The notes: a model not told the origin generated them from the sequence alone. DNA of 64,000 bases from Candidatus Parcubacteria bacterium (GCA_046050355.1 JBJOPW010000005.1:2503-66502); one strand, 5' to 3'; counted from the first letter of the stretch, positions 1 through 9,604 are shown. A program made the numbers and translations.

Positions 1-1
1 C

Positions 2-844
2 AATCAATAACTGATTCTGAGTGATGCTTGATAGCCCCGTCCCTCCTCTTGTGGCGCCGAGGATACCAACGGTGTTGGCGAGGTCGAGGTTGAGGGTGGA
101 GGTGGCGACGGCAGAGACAAGGCCATTTGTCCCGAGCAGTAAGCCTGAAAGAGAACCAACTGATAGTGTCCCGGTAGCGGTCAAGTCCCCGCCAATGACC
201 GCGTTCCCCGCTACCGCAAAGCGACTCGAGGGTGTTGAAGTACCAACACCAACATTACCATTATTCAAAATGGTAAATACTTCAGTTACCCCACTAAAGA
301 AACTAGCAACTTTGCCCAATCCTTGTTGGATCACCGTCAGAATCGCTGACGACGAAGACGCTGACATTGTATCCGCATCATCTGAACGCAATAGTGATGA
401 AGACGCCACTCCCCCAACCGCATTGGCATCAAGTGCCTCTTTCGCCACAAAAGCAGCCGGGACCGCTCCTAAAATCTTGCGCGGGGTCATCTCACTATCT
501 GATTCAATAGTGACACCTAGGTACAATGTTTGATTAAAATCAACACCGGTCAAGGGCGAGGTCGAACCAAGCATGACCGAAAAGAGACCATCGATAACGG
601 TGACTTCATTGACACCCGATAGTGTCTCAGTCCAAATGGCACTACCACTCGTCGCTACGGTATAGAGTCTAAACGACATGGCATATGTCCCATCAACTAC
701 TGCTGACCCAGTCGCATCAAGTAATCTGCCTTGGTAATTTATTTGTTCATTAAATTGAGCTCGCGCTGGCATGGCCCACAAGAAAACCAGGGTAAGGATG
801 ACCCCGAAACAAATAAAGTATCGCTGATAATATAACTGCCTCAT
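2..844 (-). CDS. Large secreted/surface protein, N-terminal part (runs off the window start); CPR tail-fibre-like repeat protein
   Basis: Read by hand, absent from the ORF track. ATG at 844 gives MRQLYYQRYFICFGVILTLVFLWAMPARAQFNEQINYQGRLLDATGSAVVDGTYAMSFRLY...FSVMLGS...NNGNVGVGTSTPSSRF. It has a signal peptide, an INYQGRL module and a GNVGVGTSTP motif, and I saw no stop before base 1. Confidence 0.85.
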   Translation of the reverse strand, partial: MRQLYYQRYFICFGVILTLVFLWAMPARAQFNEQINYQGRLLDATGSAVVDGTYAMSFRLYTVATSGSAIWTETLSGVNEVTVIDGLFSVMLGSTSPLTGVDFNQTLYLGVTIESDSEMTPRKILGAVPAAFVAKEALDANAVGGVASSSLLRSDDADTMSASSSSAILTVIQQGLGKVASFFSGVTEVFTILNNGNVGVGTSTPSSRFAVAGNAVIGGDLTATGTLSVGSLSGLLLGTNGLVSAVATSTLNLDLANTVGILGATRGGTGLSSITQNQLLI

Positions 845-848
845 ACGA

Positions 849-1565
849 TTATGGTGATACATCACCCGATTGAGTGGGACTGACTGAATCAGTGCCAATG
901 CGAATGAAAGGCACTGCTGATGACGAAACGTTACTTTCTATGAGACCACTATTTGGACCAGTCTCGATGACCGACACTTCATCGGAGAAGAATGTTATTG
1001 GGTCCTCAGATACACCCTGAGGCAACAACAAAATTCCTACCGGATTCATCAATGATCGCTCTTCCGTAATCACCTCTCCCGTCTCGTACCAATGTGCTGT
1101 GTCTTGTTTCTCTTCAGGGAGTGTCATCAGGGAGGCGGTCTGTTGATCAATGACCAAGGACGCCAATACTGCCGGATCTCCGAGTGGTGCCAAGCGCGTC
1201 ACTAACAATCCCACAAACAGCCCGAGCAAAATAATCACTATAGATTTTTTTACCGCTTGTGTTGATCGCGTCTGTTGTCTCTCACGTTGTGCTTGCACAA
1301 AAGCTGACCACCATTCGTGGAGATCAAGCTCCTGCTTTCGTAACTCTCGCAAATAATCCCCCCGGGCCTGAATCTCAAGTTGTGCCTGTTCAAAAAAATT
1401 TTTTAATGATTCAGGATCAATGTACCACTGTCGATTTATTTGGGCGGCAGCCACTCGTCCATCACGAGCCAAACGAGCGACATACTCGCGCGAGTAAGGT
1501 ACGACTTTGGCGACATCCTTTAGTGGCAGGAGTCGACGTTTACCGATGTAAAAGTATTCAGACAT
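849..1565 (-). CDS. Excisionase-like (HTH_17) helix-turn-helix protein with a transmembrane helix
   Basis: N-terminal LPLKDVAKVVPYSREYVARLARDGRVAAAQINRQWYID, then a coiled coil and a hydrophobic segment (SIVIILLGLFVGLLV). Confidence 0.7.
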   Translation of the reverse strand: MSEYFYIGKRRLLPLKDVAKVVPYSREYVARLARDGRVAAAQINRQWYIDPESLKNFFEQAQLEIQARGDYLRELRKQELDLHEWWSAFVQAQRERQQTRSTQAVKKSIVIILLGLFVGLLVTRLAPLGDPAVLASLVIDQQTASLMTLPEEKQDTAHWYETGEVITEERSLMNPVGILLLPQGVSEDPITFFSDEVSVIETGPNSGLIESNVSSSAVPFIRIGTDSVSPTQSGDVSP

Positions 1566-1631
1566 GAATTAAAATAGCTAATAATATTATAGCTATTGCA
1601 TGCCAGTTAACCGACAGTTACATGTTAATAA

Positions 1632-2510
1632 CTATGGCTGAAATAGGAGTTGATCAACGGTCTCAAAAATTTCCAAAATTACCGCTGAAGACACGCCCTG
1701 TGCCCGTATGGTCAAAAGAGTTGTAGCTGTAGCAATAAAGAAGAATAGAGCTAGACTGGCCAGAAGTGAACAAAGATACAAAAACCAAGGATTGATTACT
1801 CTTACTTCAGTCGAAACCGTGGTTGGACGGTAGACAATCGCTCGCGGATTAACCTTATGTAATTCTGCTGGCACAGACTTAATTGTTTGTGAAGCAGTCG
1901 GTTCGCTCAAAGCTGTCGCGGTCGGAGGAACAACTACAGACACCGGTACCGAAGGTGAATTATCCGGTTCTATGTCTTTCACTTTCAAAGAACCAGTTAA
2001 GGAAACACTAGGTATTTCAGTGAACTCAAGACTTTGCTTCGATTCCTTAGCGACCACTTTTATAGCCACCGCTTCAGCTGGTAGCACTGGTAGGACTTTG
2101 GGAATTTCTGGTTTGATCCGCTCGGCACGTTTAGTGGTCAGCGGGACTAAATCGGCTTCGTCAGCATAATACTTTGACTCGCGAGGTATGAGCCGCTCAG
2201 TAAAATGTGATTTGGGCGTAACCCTGGTAGTGGTCTTTAACAAACGTGGATAAACCGGGGTTGCCTCTTTACTAACAAATGAAATACTATTGCTTTTTAT
2301 AGTTTTCTCGTCTAGACGAGCTTCTTTATAACGAGCATCTTTGTGAGCCAAAAGAGAGGCTTCAGTGACATACCAAGACCGCCCAACAAACTGACAATCA
2401 ACTTTCTTCTGGCGACAGAGCTGGCCAATATAGTCGGTGGTATAACGAAATTCCTTGGCCAAAACGGTGGCTTTTTTGTAGAGCTTGCCATTGACGGTAA
2501 CTGAGTCCAT
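1632..2510 (-). CDS. Excisionase-like helix-turn-helix protein with a C-terminal membrane anchor
   Basis: KATVLAKEFRYTTDYIGQLCRQKKVDCQFVGRSWYV, a Pro/Thr-rich linker and a C-terminal hydrophobic helix. Confidence 0.7.
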   Translation of the reverse strand: MDSVTVNGKLYKKATVLAKEFRYTTDYIGQLCRQKKVDCQFVGRSWYVTEASLLAHKDARYKEARLDEKTIKSNSISFVSKEATPVYPRLLKTTTRVTPKSHFTERLIPRESKYYADEADLVPLTTKRAERIKPEIPKVLPVLPAEAVAIKVVAKESKQSLEFTEIPSVSLTGSLKVKDIEPDNSPSVPVSVVVPPTATALSEPTASQTIKSVPAELHKVNPRAIVYRPTTVSTEVRVINPWFLYLCSLLASLALFFFIATATTLLTIRAQGVSSAVILEIFETVDQLLFQP

Positions 2511-2596
2511 ATCGTACTTCCATCAGTATACGCACAGAGCACACAAAAGGCCACAGGAATGTGGCCGAGATATGTTTATAACTATAGATTTCTCGT

Positions 2597-4009
2597 CTAC
2601 TGCCGGAGGGCGGCTTCGAGAGCTTCACGGACTGCCAGCGGGTCAGAAGCTCCCTTGGTCTGCTTCATTACTTGTCCAACGAGGAACTGCAGGACACTCA
2701 CTTTACCGGCTTGGTATTCTGCGACCACAGCTGTATGCTCCGCTATAATCGCTGCGATGATCCGCGCAAGATCTGCGCTATGGTTGGCAGCTAAAAGACC
2801 TCTCTCCTGTACTACCGCTACCAAGTCCTTATCAGCCATAGCAAACTCAATAAGGAGGTCTTTGGCGACTCGAGAGGTGATCTGCCGTGATGCCAGCAAG
2901 TGTATCATTCCGGCAAAATGTTCGGCAGATAGCTTTTCGGTTGCCAAGGTGGCATCACTCCAGAGCGGGACGAGGTCTGTGAGGAGATAATTTACAGCCA
3001 ATCCAACAGTGGCTGACACCTTGTCACCCATCACCGTAATGACAGTGGTGAGGTAACTATCAATGGCATAGTCTGCGATAATTGTTTCAATCTGTGAGTT
3101 CGTCAATCCGAGAAGACTATATTTTGAGCGTTTTTCCTCTGGTAGTTCTGGCATTATCTCGGCTAATGCTGTCTTCTGCAGGTCGTCTCTTTCGGTTAAT
3201 TCGTACTTTGGGATATCAGGATCTGGGAAGTAGCGGTAGTCCTTAGCCGTTTCTTTACTCCGCTGTACAAAGGTCTCACTTTTGTTTTCATCCCATCCAC
3301 GCGTCTCCTGACTAATCTCGCCTCCGGCTTCAAGTACTGCGATCTGGCGCTTGATTTCAAAGTTAATGGCATCCTCTACTGAACGGAATGAGTTTAAATT
3401 CTTGACTTCAACTTTAGTCCCAAACGTACTTGTCTGGCTGACCGAAATATTTGCCTCGACACGCATCTCCCCTTTCTCCATATTGGCATCACTAATGCCA
3501 ATAGTTCGCAATAAGAGTTGTAGTTCGCGAGCGAACTTACCGGCAGTTTCAGCATCATGAATGACTGGTTCGGTGACCAGTTCCATGAGGGGTACCCCGG
3601 CACGATTGTAATCAACGAGACTACCCTCCCCTTTGTCATGCTGACTACGAGCAGTGTCTTCTTCGAGGTGCACCCGAGTGAGCTCTACTCCAGCGAGCAC
3701 TCCCCCCTTCACAAAGGGAAAAGCGTACTGACTGAGTTGGTAGGCTTTTGGGATATCAGGGTAAAAATAATTTTTGCGATCAAATTCTGAGTAGGTAGCG
3801 AGGTTGCCATCAACTGCCACTCCAAACATGAGCACCGATTTTATCGCGGCCTCGTTTGGTACCGGGAGTGTGCCCGGATGCCCCATACAAACCGGACAGA
3901 TATTTGTGTTCGGTTGATCATGATGTGGGTTGTTAGCACACCCACAGAACATTTTACTTTTGGTTTTTAATTCGGCATGAACTTCAAGCCCAATTGTTGG
4001 CGTATACAT
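2597..4009 (-). CDS. gatB: Asp/Glu-tRNA amidotransferase subunit B
   Basis: IGLEVHAEL, FDRKNYFYPD, DYNRAGVPLMELVTEP, EVKNLNSF and DYRYFPDPD motifs. Confidence 0.97.
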   Translation of the reverse strand: MYTPTIGLEVHAELKTKSKMFCGCANNPHHDQPNTNICPVCMGHPGTLPVPNEAAIKSVLMFGVAVDGNLATYSEFDRKNYFYPDIPKAYQLSQYAFPFVKGGVLAGVELTRVHLEEDTARSQHDKGEGSLVDYNRAGVPLMELVTEPVIHDAETAGKFARELQLLLRTIGISDANMEKGEMRVEANISVSQTSTFGTKVEVKNLNSFRSVEDAINFEIKRQIAVLEAGGEISQETRGWDENKSETFVQRSKETAKDYRYFPDPDIPKYELTERDDLQKTALAEIMPELPEEKRSKYSLLGLTNSQIETIIADYAIDSYLTTVITVMGDKVSATVGLAVNYLLTDLVPLWSDATLATEKLSAEHFAGMIHLLASRQITSRVAKDLLIEFAMADKDLVAVVQERGLLAANHSADLARIIAAIIAEHTAVVAEYQAGKVSVLQFLVGQVMKQTKGASDPLAVREALEAALRQ

Positions 4010-4018
4010 GGGGGTATT

Positions 4019-4993
4019 TTACGTCGCTCGCAGGTACTCGACAAGGGTATCTTGGAGGTTTTTGACTCCTTCCCCACTTTCTGTAGAGATAATAAAGACA
4101 CGTTTCTTGGTCTTGTCAATAAACTCTTGTACTGCCTCTAATTGTTCTTTATTTGCAAGGTCTTTTTTGGTGAAAATAATCCATTCTTCCTTTTCTTCTA
4201 AGTCTTTACTGTATGAAGACAGCTCATTTCGAATGATATAATACTGCTCTATCGGGTCTGTATGCTCAAAGGAGACGAGGTGGAGGAGCATTTTGGTTTT
4301 GGTCACATGGCGAAGGAAGGTATGTCCTAGTCCCTTCCCGGTATGCGCCCCCTCAATGAGGCCAGGAATGTCAGCGAGCACATAGCCAAAAAGATCGCCG
4401 AGGTGGGGTACGAGGGTAGTGAAGGGGTATGCTCCAACCGTGCTCTTCGCGTTAGTGAAGGTATTGAGAAGCGTCGACTTACCGGCATTTGGCAAACCAA
4501 TTAACCCAACATCAACCACTAGGGTGAGTTCGATTTTAAGATCTCCAGACTCACCGGGCTTGCCCTTGGTATTTTCTTCGGGTGAGCGGTTGGTTGAGGA
4601 CTTGAAGTGCTCGTTACCCAAGCCCCCGCGACCACCTTTGAAGACCCGCTCTTTATGACCTTCGGTAAAAAACTCGTAGACTCGTTCGCGACTGACATCA
4701 GTGACAATAGAACCAACCGGAACTTTGATAATGAGATCTTCTCCGTGGCGTCCGGCTTTACTGCCGGTCTGTCCCGGTACGCCTGCGGCCGCACTAAAGC
4801 GTGGATTGCCGAGGTACTTTGAAAGCAGCCCAAGGTCACGTACGGCCTCAATATAGACATCCCCGCCGTCTCCGCCGTCTCCGCCTGATGGTCCGGCATT
4901 AGGGACAAACTTCTCGTGGCGCCAGCGTGTTACGCCGTCTCCTCCTGCTCCAGCCTCGGCATAGATAGTGATTTGATCTGTAAACATCTGCAT
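4019..4993 (-). CDS. obgE: GTPase ObgE/CgtA (true start may be the ATG at 4987)
   Basis: Gly-rich OBG fold, GLPNAGKST, YPFTTL, DIPGLIEGA and TKKD motifs. Confidence 0.97.
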   Translation of the reverse strand: MQMFTDQITIYAEAGAGGDGVTRWRHEKFVPNAGPSGGDGGDGGDVYIEAVRDLGLLSKYLGNPRFSAAAGVPGQTGSKAGRHGEDLIIKVPVGSIVTDVSRERVYEFFTEGHKERVFKGGRGGLGNEHFKSSTNRSPEENTKGKPGESGDLKIELTLVVDVGLIGLPNAGKSTLLNTFTNAKSTVGAYPFTTLVPHLGDLFGYVLADIPGLIEGAHTGKGLGHTFLRHVTKTKMLLHLVSFEHTDPIEQYYIIRNELSSYSKDLEEKEEWIIFTKKDLANKEQLEAVQEFIDKTKKRVFIISTESGEGVKNLQDTLVEYLRAT

Positions 4994-5111
4994 GTCATAC
5001 CATAAATACTTCTCTCCGTCAAAAGATAGATAGTCGTTTATACCCCTTTAAAGTTCAAAAAACGCAATAGTCGGCCTGGTCTCATCAAGAGAGTGGGTGG
5101 TAACCGAGAGA

Positions 5112-5190
5112 CGTGGACAAAGGCATTAGGGATGGCCTTTGCTCACGGAAATTCGCAATAGTCGGCGCAAGCGCCTCGTTTGCTCATTTC
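5112..5190 (-). repeat. Structured dispersed repeat, copy 1 (partial copy also at 5063-5078)
   Basis: Two-hairpin element similar to 32976-33036 and 33067-33144, with compensatory stem changes between copies. Confidence 0.8.
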
Positions 5191-5199
5191 TTAGTCTGC

Positions 5200-5535
5200 C
5201 TATTTGGCTTTTCCGATAAATAAATTGACTAGACTGACCAGGAGTGTGCCGAGGGCCGCTGGGATAAATCCAGTCACGGTAAAGCCTGGTAATAACCAAG
5301 CCGCGACCATAAACAAGAGAACATTTATAACGAGGATAAATAGACCAAGAGTTAGGAGTGTAATGGGTAAGGTTAAAAACACCAATATCGGTTTAACAAA
5401 ACTATTAAGGACACCTAGAATGACAGCCGCAAACACAGCTGTTTGCCACGTATCAATTGAAAGACCGGGAACGATTTCGTTAGCAATGAGTAGGGCTACT
5501 GCACTGGTGGCAATATAGATAATGATGCGATACAT
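5200..5535 (-). CDS. Phage-holin-like 4-TM membrane protein (YvlD family)
   Basis: LGVLNSFVKPILVFLTLPITLLTLGLFILVIN signature. Confidence 0.85.
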   Translation of the reverse strand: MYRIIIYIATSAVALLIANEIVPGLSIDTWQTAVFAAVILGVLNSFVKPILVFLTLPITLLTLGLFILVINVLLFMVAAWLLPGFTVTGFIPAALGTLLVSLVNLFIGKAK

Positions 5536-5598
5536 ACCCTCAGTATACCAAAAACAACCCTGTTTGTCGGGCTGTTCGTGGTAGTTTATGCATCAGTC

Positions 5599-8112
5599 CT
5601 ACTTTATGAGCATTTGCCAACCTTGTGCTAAAAGTGGCTCTGCCTTTTTATACTTCATCGTCTCCGTGGTAACCCCATCAGTAATAGTGACCATATCATT
5701 ACGACCTGGCAGTGCCGACACAACCCGAGGGGCAGCCTTTGCCACTTCCCCCTCACTCGCTTTAAGTGCTGCTTCGGCGGCTTTTTGGTGGCTCATTTCT
5801 TCTTTGGCAATTACGGCTGGCTGCATCATCGGCAGTACCTCAGCGATACGCTGCAGTATCGTTGCTTGCAGATCAGCAAAGGCGCCGGTCCCCTCTCGTC
5901 GATACTCAATCAGCGGATCACGCTGTCCGTACGCTCTTAAGTTCACACTGGCACGGATATGTCCCATCATCTCAAGATGATCAACCCATAAGGCATCAAT
6001 AATCTGGAGGCATAGTTGCGAAAACATAATGTTTGTTTGATCTGCCCCAAATTCTTCATCTTTCTGAATCAAGACTTGCTCGCTCGATGGCACTGTTGCT
6101 ATGACCTCAGCTTTAATAATGGCCAATTCCGCTTCATCACGATGGAGGAGCTTATGTCGGCGATTATAGATAGCAATACGCTGCAGGTTAAGCACATCGT
6201 CATACGCCAATACTTGTTTTCGTGAATCAAAGTGAAATCCCTCAATGCGGGTCTGGGCTGCCTCTAATTGGCGCGAAATAAGTTTCATCTCTATGGGTTG
6301 ATCTTCCGGAATACCAAAGGTACCCATAAGGTTTTTCACTCGCTCACCACCAAATACGCGCATAAGGGAATCTTCCATTGATACATAAAATTGGGTGGCC
6401 CCGGGGTCTCCCTGACGACCGGCTCGACCGCGGAGCTGATTATCAATCCGCCTCGCTTCATGGCGTTCAGTACCAAGCACAAAGAGACCACCGAGCGCCT
6501 TCACCGCTTCCATATCTGCGGGTGTCGCCTGTGGTCCACCAAGTTTTATATCAACACCTCGACCCGCCATATTAGTGGCGAGAGTAACCGCCCCCTTTAC
6601 TCCGGCAGCTGCTATAATTTCTCCTTCACGCTCATGATTTTTAGCATTAAGTACTTGATGGTTGACTCCAGCTTGGGTGAGCGCTTGAGATAAACGCTCA
6701 TTCACCTCAATTGAAGCCGTACCAATTAATATTGGCTGTCCCGTTGCATTAATTTCTTGTACGCGTTTAATGATGGCTTTAAATTTCCCTGCTTCATTTT
6801 GAAAGATAAGATCATTGTGATCAATACGCGCAATCGTTTTATGAGTTGGGACGGGTATGACTTCAAGTCGATAGACTGTATAAAACTCTTCTTGCGATGT
6901 CAGGGCTGTTCCAGTCATACCAGACAGCTTTTCGTACATGCGGAAATAGTTTTGGTAGGTAATCGAAGCGTAGGTACGCGACTCCCTTTGTATAGACACA
7001 CCTTCCTTGGCTTCAATTGCTTGATGAAGACCATCTGACCAACGCCGACCAGGTTGCATTCGGCCAGTAAACTCATCAACAATCACCACCTCACCGTCAC
7101 GAACAACATACTCTTTATCTCTCGTATAAAGTGATTTAGCTCGCACTGCTGTTTCGAGATGATGAACATATTTAATACCTTTGTCGGTGTAGATGTTATC
7201 AATGCCAAGCATTTTTTCGGCGGCTTCAATACCATCATTGGTAAGGGTGGCACTCCGCAGTTTCTCATCAACAGTATAGTGCTGATCTGCTTGTAGCCGC
7301 TCAGCAATGCCCGCAAACAGCGTATAGAGATTTTCCGAATCTTGCGCTGGTGCTGAAATAATCAATGGCGTTCGCGCTTCATCAATTAAGATTGAATCAA
7401 TCTCATCAATGATGGCATATTGGTGCCCACGTTGTCGTAAGCGATTGGTATCAAACTCAATATTATCCCGAAGGTAATCAAAACCAAATTCGCTATTGGT
7501 ACCATAGGTAATATCAGCGGCATAGGCTTCGTCACGAGTGCAAGGACGCAAAAATTCGTAAACAATTTTATATGATCCAACATCATCACGTTCTGCGTCT
7601 TTTTCTACATGAGAAGCATCATACACGTATGATCCCGTACTATTAATAATGCCGACTGAGAGTCCTAGGAGATCGTAGACTTGACCCATCCATGCCGCAT
7701 CACGACGAGCGAGGTAATCGTTTACCGTTACCACATGAACACCCCGATCATTAAGCGCATTAAGAAATGCCGGGAGCGTCCCGACGAGGGTTTTCCCTTC
7801 GCCGGTTCGCATTTCAGTAATTTTGCCGCGGTGCAACAGTATCCCGCCAATCAGTTGTACATCATAATGCCGCAAACCAAGTGTCCGTTTACTCGCTTCG
7901 CGTACCAGGGCAAAGGCGGTTGGTAGTGCGTCGTCAAGGGTGAGCAAGCCAGTAGAGATTTTTGTCTTCAGGTCTGCTGTTGCCAAACGCAATGCATCCA
8001 CCGACATATCAGCAAACGTGGCTTCCAAATTATTAATCTCCGCTACTACAGGAGCTACGGTTGTGAGTTCTTTTTGATAACTCGGGCCAAAAAATCTATC
8101 CAAAAATGACAT
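5599..8112 (-). CDS. secA: Preprotein translocase subunit SecA
   Basis: EMRTGEGKT, DEIDSILIDEARTPLIIS, ATNMAGRGVDI and RRIDNQLRGRAGRQGDPG motifs. Confidence 0.98.
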   Translation of the reverse strand: MSFLDRFFGPSYQKELTTVAPVVAEINNLEATFADMSVDALRLATADLKTKISTGLLTLDDALPTAFALVREASKRTLGLRHYDVQLIGGILLHRGKITEMRTGEGKTLVGTLPAFLNALNDRGVHVVTVNDYLARRDAAWMGQVYDLLGLSVGIINSTGSYVYDASHVEKDAERDDVGSYKIVYEFLRPCTRDEAYAADITYGTNSEFGFDYLRDNIEFDTNRLRQRGHQYAIIDEIDSILIDEARTPLIISAPAQDSENLYTLFAGIAERLQADQHYTVDEKLRSATLTNDGIEAAEKMLGIDNIYTDKGIKYVHHLETAVRAKSLYTRDKEYVVRDGEVVIVDEFTGRMQPGRRWSDGLHQAIEAKEGVSIQRESRTYASITYQNYFRMYEKLSGMTGTALTSQEEFYTVYRLEVIPVPTHKTIARIDHNDLIFQNEAGKFKAIIKRVQEINATGQPILIGTASIEVNERLSQALTQAGVNHQVLNAKNHEREGEIIAAAGVKGAVTLATNMAGRGVDIKLGGPQATPADMEAVKALGGLFVLGTERHEARRIDNQLRGRAGRQGDPGATQFYVSMEDSLMRVFGGERVKNLMGTFGIPEDQPIEMKLISRQLEAAQTRIEGFHFDSRKQVLAYDDVLNLQRIAIYNRRHKLLHRDEAELAIIKAEVIATVPSSEQVLIQKDEEFGADQTNIMFSQLCLQIIDALWVDHLEMMGHIRASVNLRAYGQRDPLIEYRREGTGAFADLQATILQRIAEVLPMMQPAVIAKEEMSHQKAAEAALKASEGEVAKAAPRVVSALPGRNDMVTITDGVTTETMKYKKAEPLLAQGWQMLIK

Positions 8113-8157
8113 AGTTTGCCAAGTATACCGTTTTTTACAATAAAAACAAAGACAACA

Positions 8158-8180
8158 TAAAACCGCCAGTGGCGGTTTTA
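8158..8180 (-). terminator. Intrinsic terminator downstream of the histone-like gene
   Basis: taaaaccgcc-agt-ggcggtttta inverted repeat. Confidence 0.7.
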
Positions 8181-8206
8181 TGCGATTAGTTCGACACGGA
8201 GGTGTC

Positions 8207-8362
8207 TTACTTCTTCTTGGCTACTTTTTTTGCGGCCTTCTTTGGGGCAGCCTTCTTAGCAACCTTCTTTACAGCTTTCTTGGCTACCTTCTTCTTTGCT
8301 GGAGCCTTCTTCACTGCTTTCTTGGCTACCTTCTTAGCGGCCTTCTTTTTTGCTACTGCCAT
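8207..8362 (-). CDS. 51-aa histone H1-like Lys/Ala-rich nucleoid protein
   Basis: Hand translation: MAVAKKKAAKKVAKKAVKKAPAKKKVAKKAVKKVAKKAAPKKAAKKVAKKK*. It is below the ORF-track cutoff and has a terminator downstream. Confidence 0.88.
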   Translation of the reverse strand: MAVAKKKAAKKVAKKAVKKAPAKKKVAKKAVKKVAKKAAPKKAAKKVAKKK

Positions 8363-8471
8363 AGTATGTGATGAGAGTTAGTTGAATAAATTTCGACCGC
8401 ATGACTCTCTCGCAATAAAGAACGAACTGTTTGAGAGAATGTCTGCTTACATCTATTATCACGTGTATTTT

Positions 8472-8510
8472 TTTTTCACACAATTTCTTTTCAATCATTT
8501 GTGTGGATAA
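8472..8510. promoter_or_regulatory. Pair of putative DnaA boxes
   Basis: TTTTTCACA at 8472-8480 and TGTGGATAA at 8502-8510 (a perfect TTATCCACA on the minus strand), in AT-rich intergenic DNA. Confidence 0.45.
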
Positions 8511-8558
8511 GAAAAAATTATAAAAAAATTTAATTAATCAAAATTTTTATCACTATCT

Positions 8559-9590
8559 TCAAGAAAGCAAAACTACTTCCCACTCAATTGAAATATGTGT
8601 GGCCAAAAAAACAGCCTCGGTAATTTTTTTTGCAAAATCTATGACCGCTTGTGCGTCCGTGTGCGGTACTACACAAAGTACTAATGCTTGGTGCTCATAC
8701 AGAGATACATTTCCCTCTTGATACCCTCTACGGTGACATATCTTATCGAGAACGAAACCAAGTGAAATTTTCTTTTTATCAATTGCATCAGTTTCATAAA
8801 TCGGCAAGTCAGCATATTGTTGTTTGAGCGATTCTGCTTCTTCCGCCGAAATAATTGGGTTTTTAAAAAACGAACCAGCCGTCCCTATCGCTCGCCAATC
8901 AGGAAATTTCTTACTTCGAATAGAAATAACAGCGTCACGAATTTCTTTTTGAGTCGGTGTCGTTGACCCAAAATAGTCAAGCAGATCCTTATACGTCAAA
9001 CGTGGGGTTGGGGTGGTCGATAGTGCAAAGGTGACAGACAGTACGATTGCCTGGCAACCAGGGATATGTTTGAAGATTGAATCACGATACGCAAACTGGC
9101 ACTGTTCACGCGACCACAGTTCAATACTATTAGTTCCCCGATTAAAAACGCGCACCGCCACAATCAGTTGACTCGCCTCAACCCCGTAAGCGCCGACGTT
9201 TTGCACCGGCACGGCGCCAATAGAACTTGGAATCGCTGAAAGATTTTCCATCCCCCACCAACCTTGTTCGATAGTATCAGCAATAACTGTATCCAAATCT
9301 TCACCAGCACCAACAGTGTATAAGATTGTGTCTCCTGATACCTTATCAATGGTCCTCGTGTTGGTTATAAGTACTCGCAGTACTACACCAGCATATTCCC
9401 CATCAGCCACCAACACATTTGAGCCAGCTCCCAGTATAAAGAGTGGCAGTTGTCGCTCATGAGCAAATTCTACCGCTGCCACCACTTCCTCTTCGGTATG
9501 GGCGTCAATCAAGTAGCGCGCTGTACCACCGACTTTAAGGGTTGTGTACGGCCTCAGTGAAATGTGCTCTCGTACAACTAAATCAGCCAT
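8559..9590 (-). CDS. murB: UDP-N-acetylenolpyruvoylglucosamine reductase
   Basis: LGAGSNVL, PVQNVGAYGVE, FAYRDSIFK and AGSFFKNP motifs. Confidence 0.96.
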   Translation of the reverse strand: MADLVVREHISLRPYTTLKVGGTARYLIDAHTEEEVVAAVEFAHERQLPLFILGAGSNVLVADGEYAGVVLRVLITNTRTIDKVSGDTILYTVGAGEDLDTVIADTIEQGWWGMENLSAIPSSIGAVPVQNVGAYGVEASQLIVAVRVFNRGTNSIELWSREQCQFAYRDSIFKHIPGCQAIVLSVTFALSTTPTPRLTYKDLLDYFGSTTPTQKEIRDAVISIRSKKFPDWRAIGTAGSFFKNPIISAEEAESLKQQYADLPIYETDAIDKKKISLGFVLDKICHRRGYQEGNVSLYEHQALVLCVVPHTDAQAVIDFAKKITEAVFLATHISIEWEVVLLS

Positions 9591-9604
9591 GACATAAAAG
9601 GTAA

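Noticed and set aside
21-533. 170-aa plus-strand ORF
   Set aside because: It is the antisense shadow of the minus-strand surface protein, which has a signal peptide and recognisable motifs.
8180-8371. 63-aa Leu-rich plus-strand ORF resembling a membrane peptide
   Set aside because: It is the reverse complement of the Lys/Ala histone-like gene.
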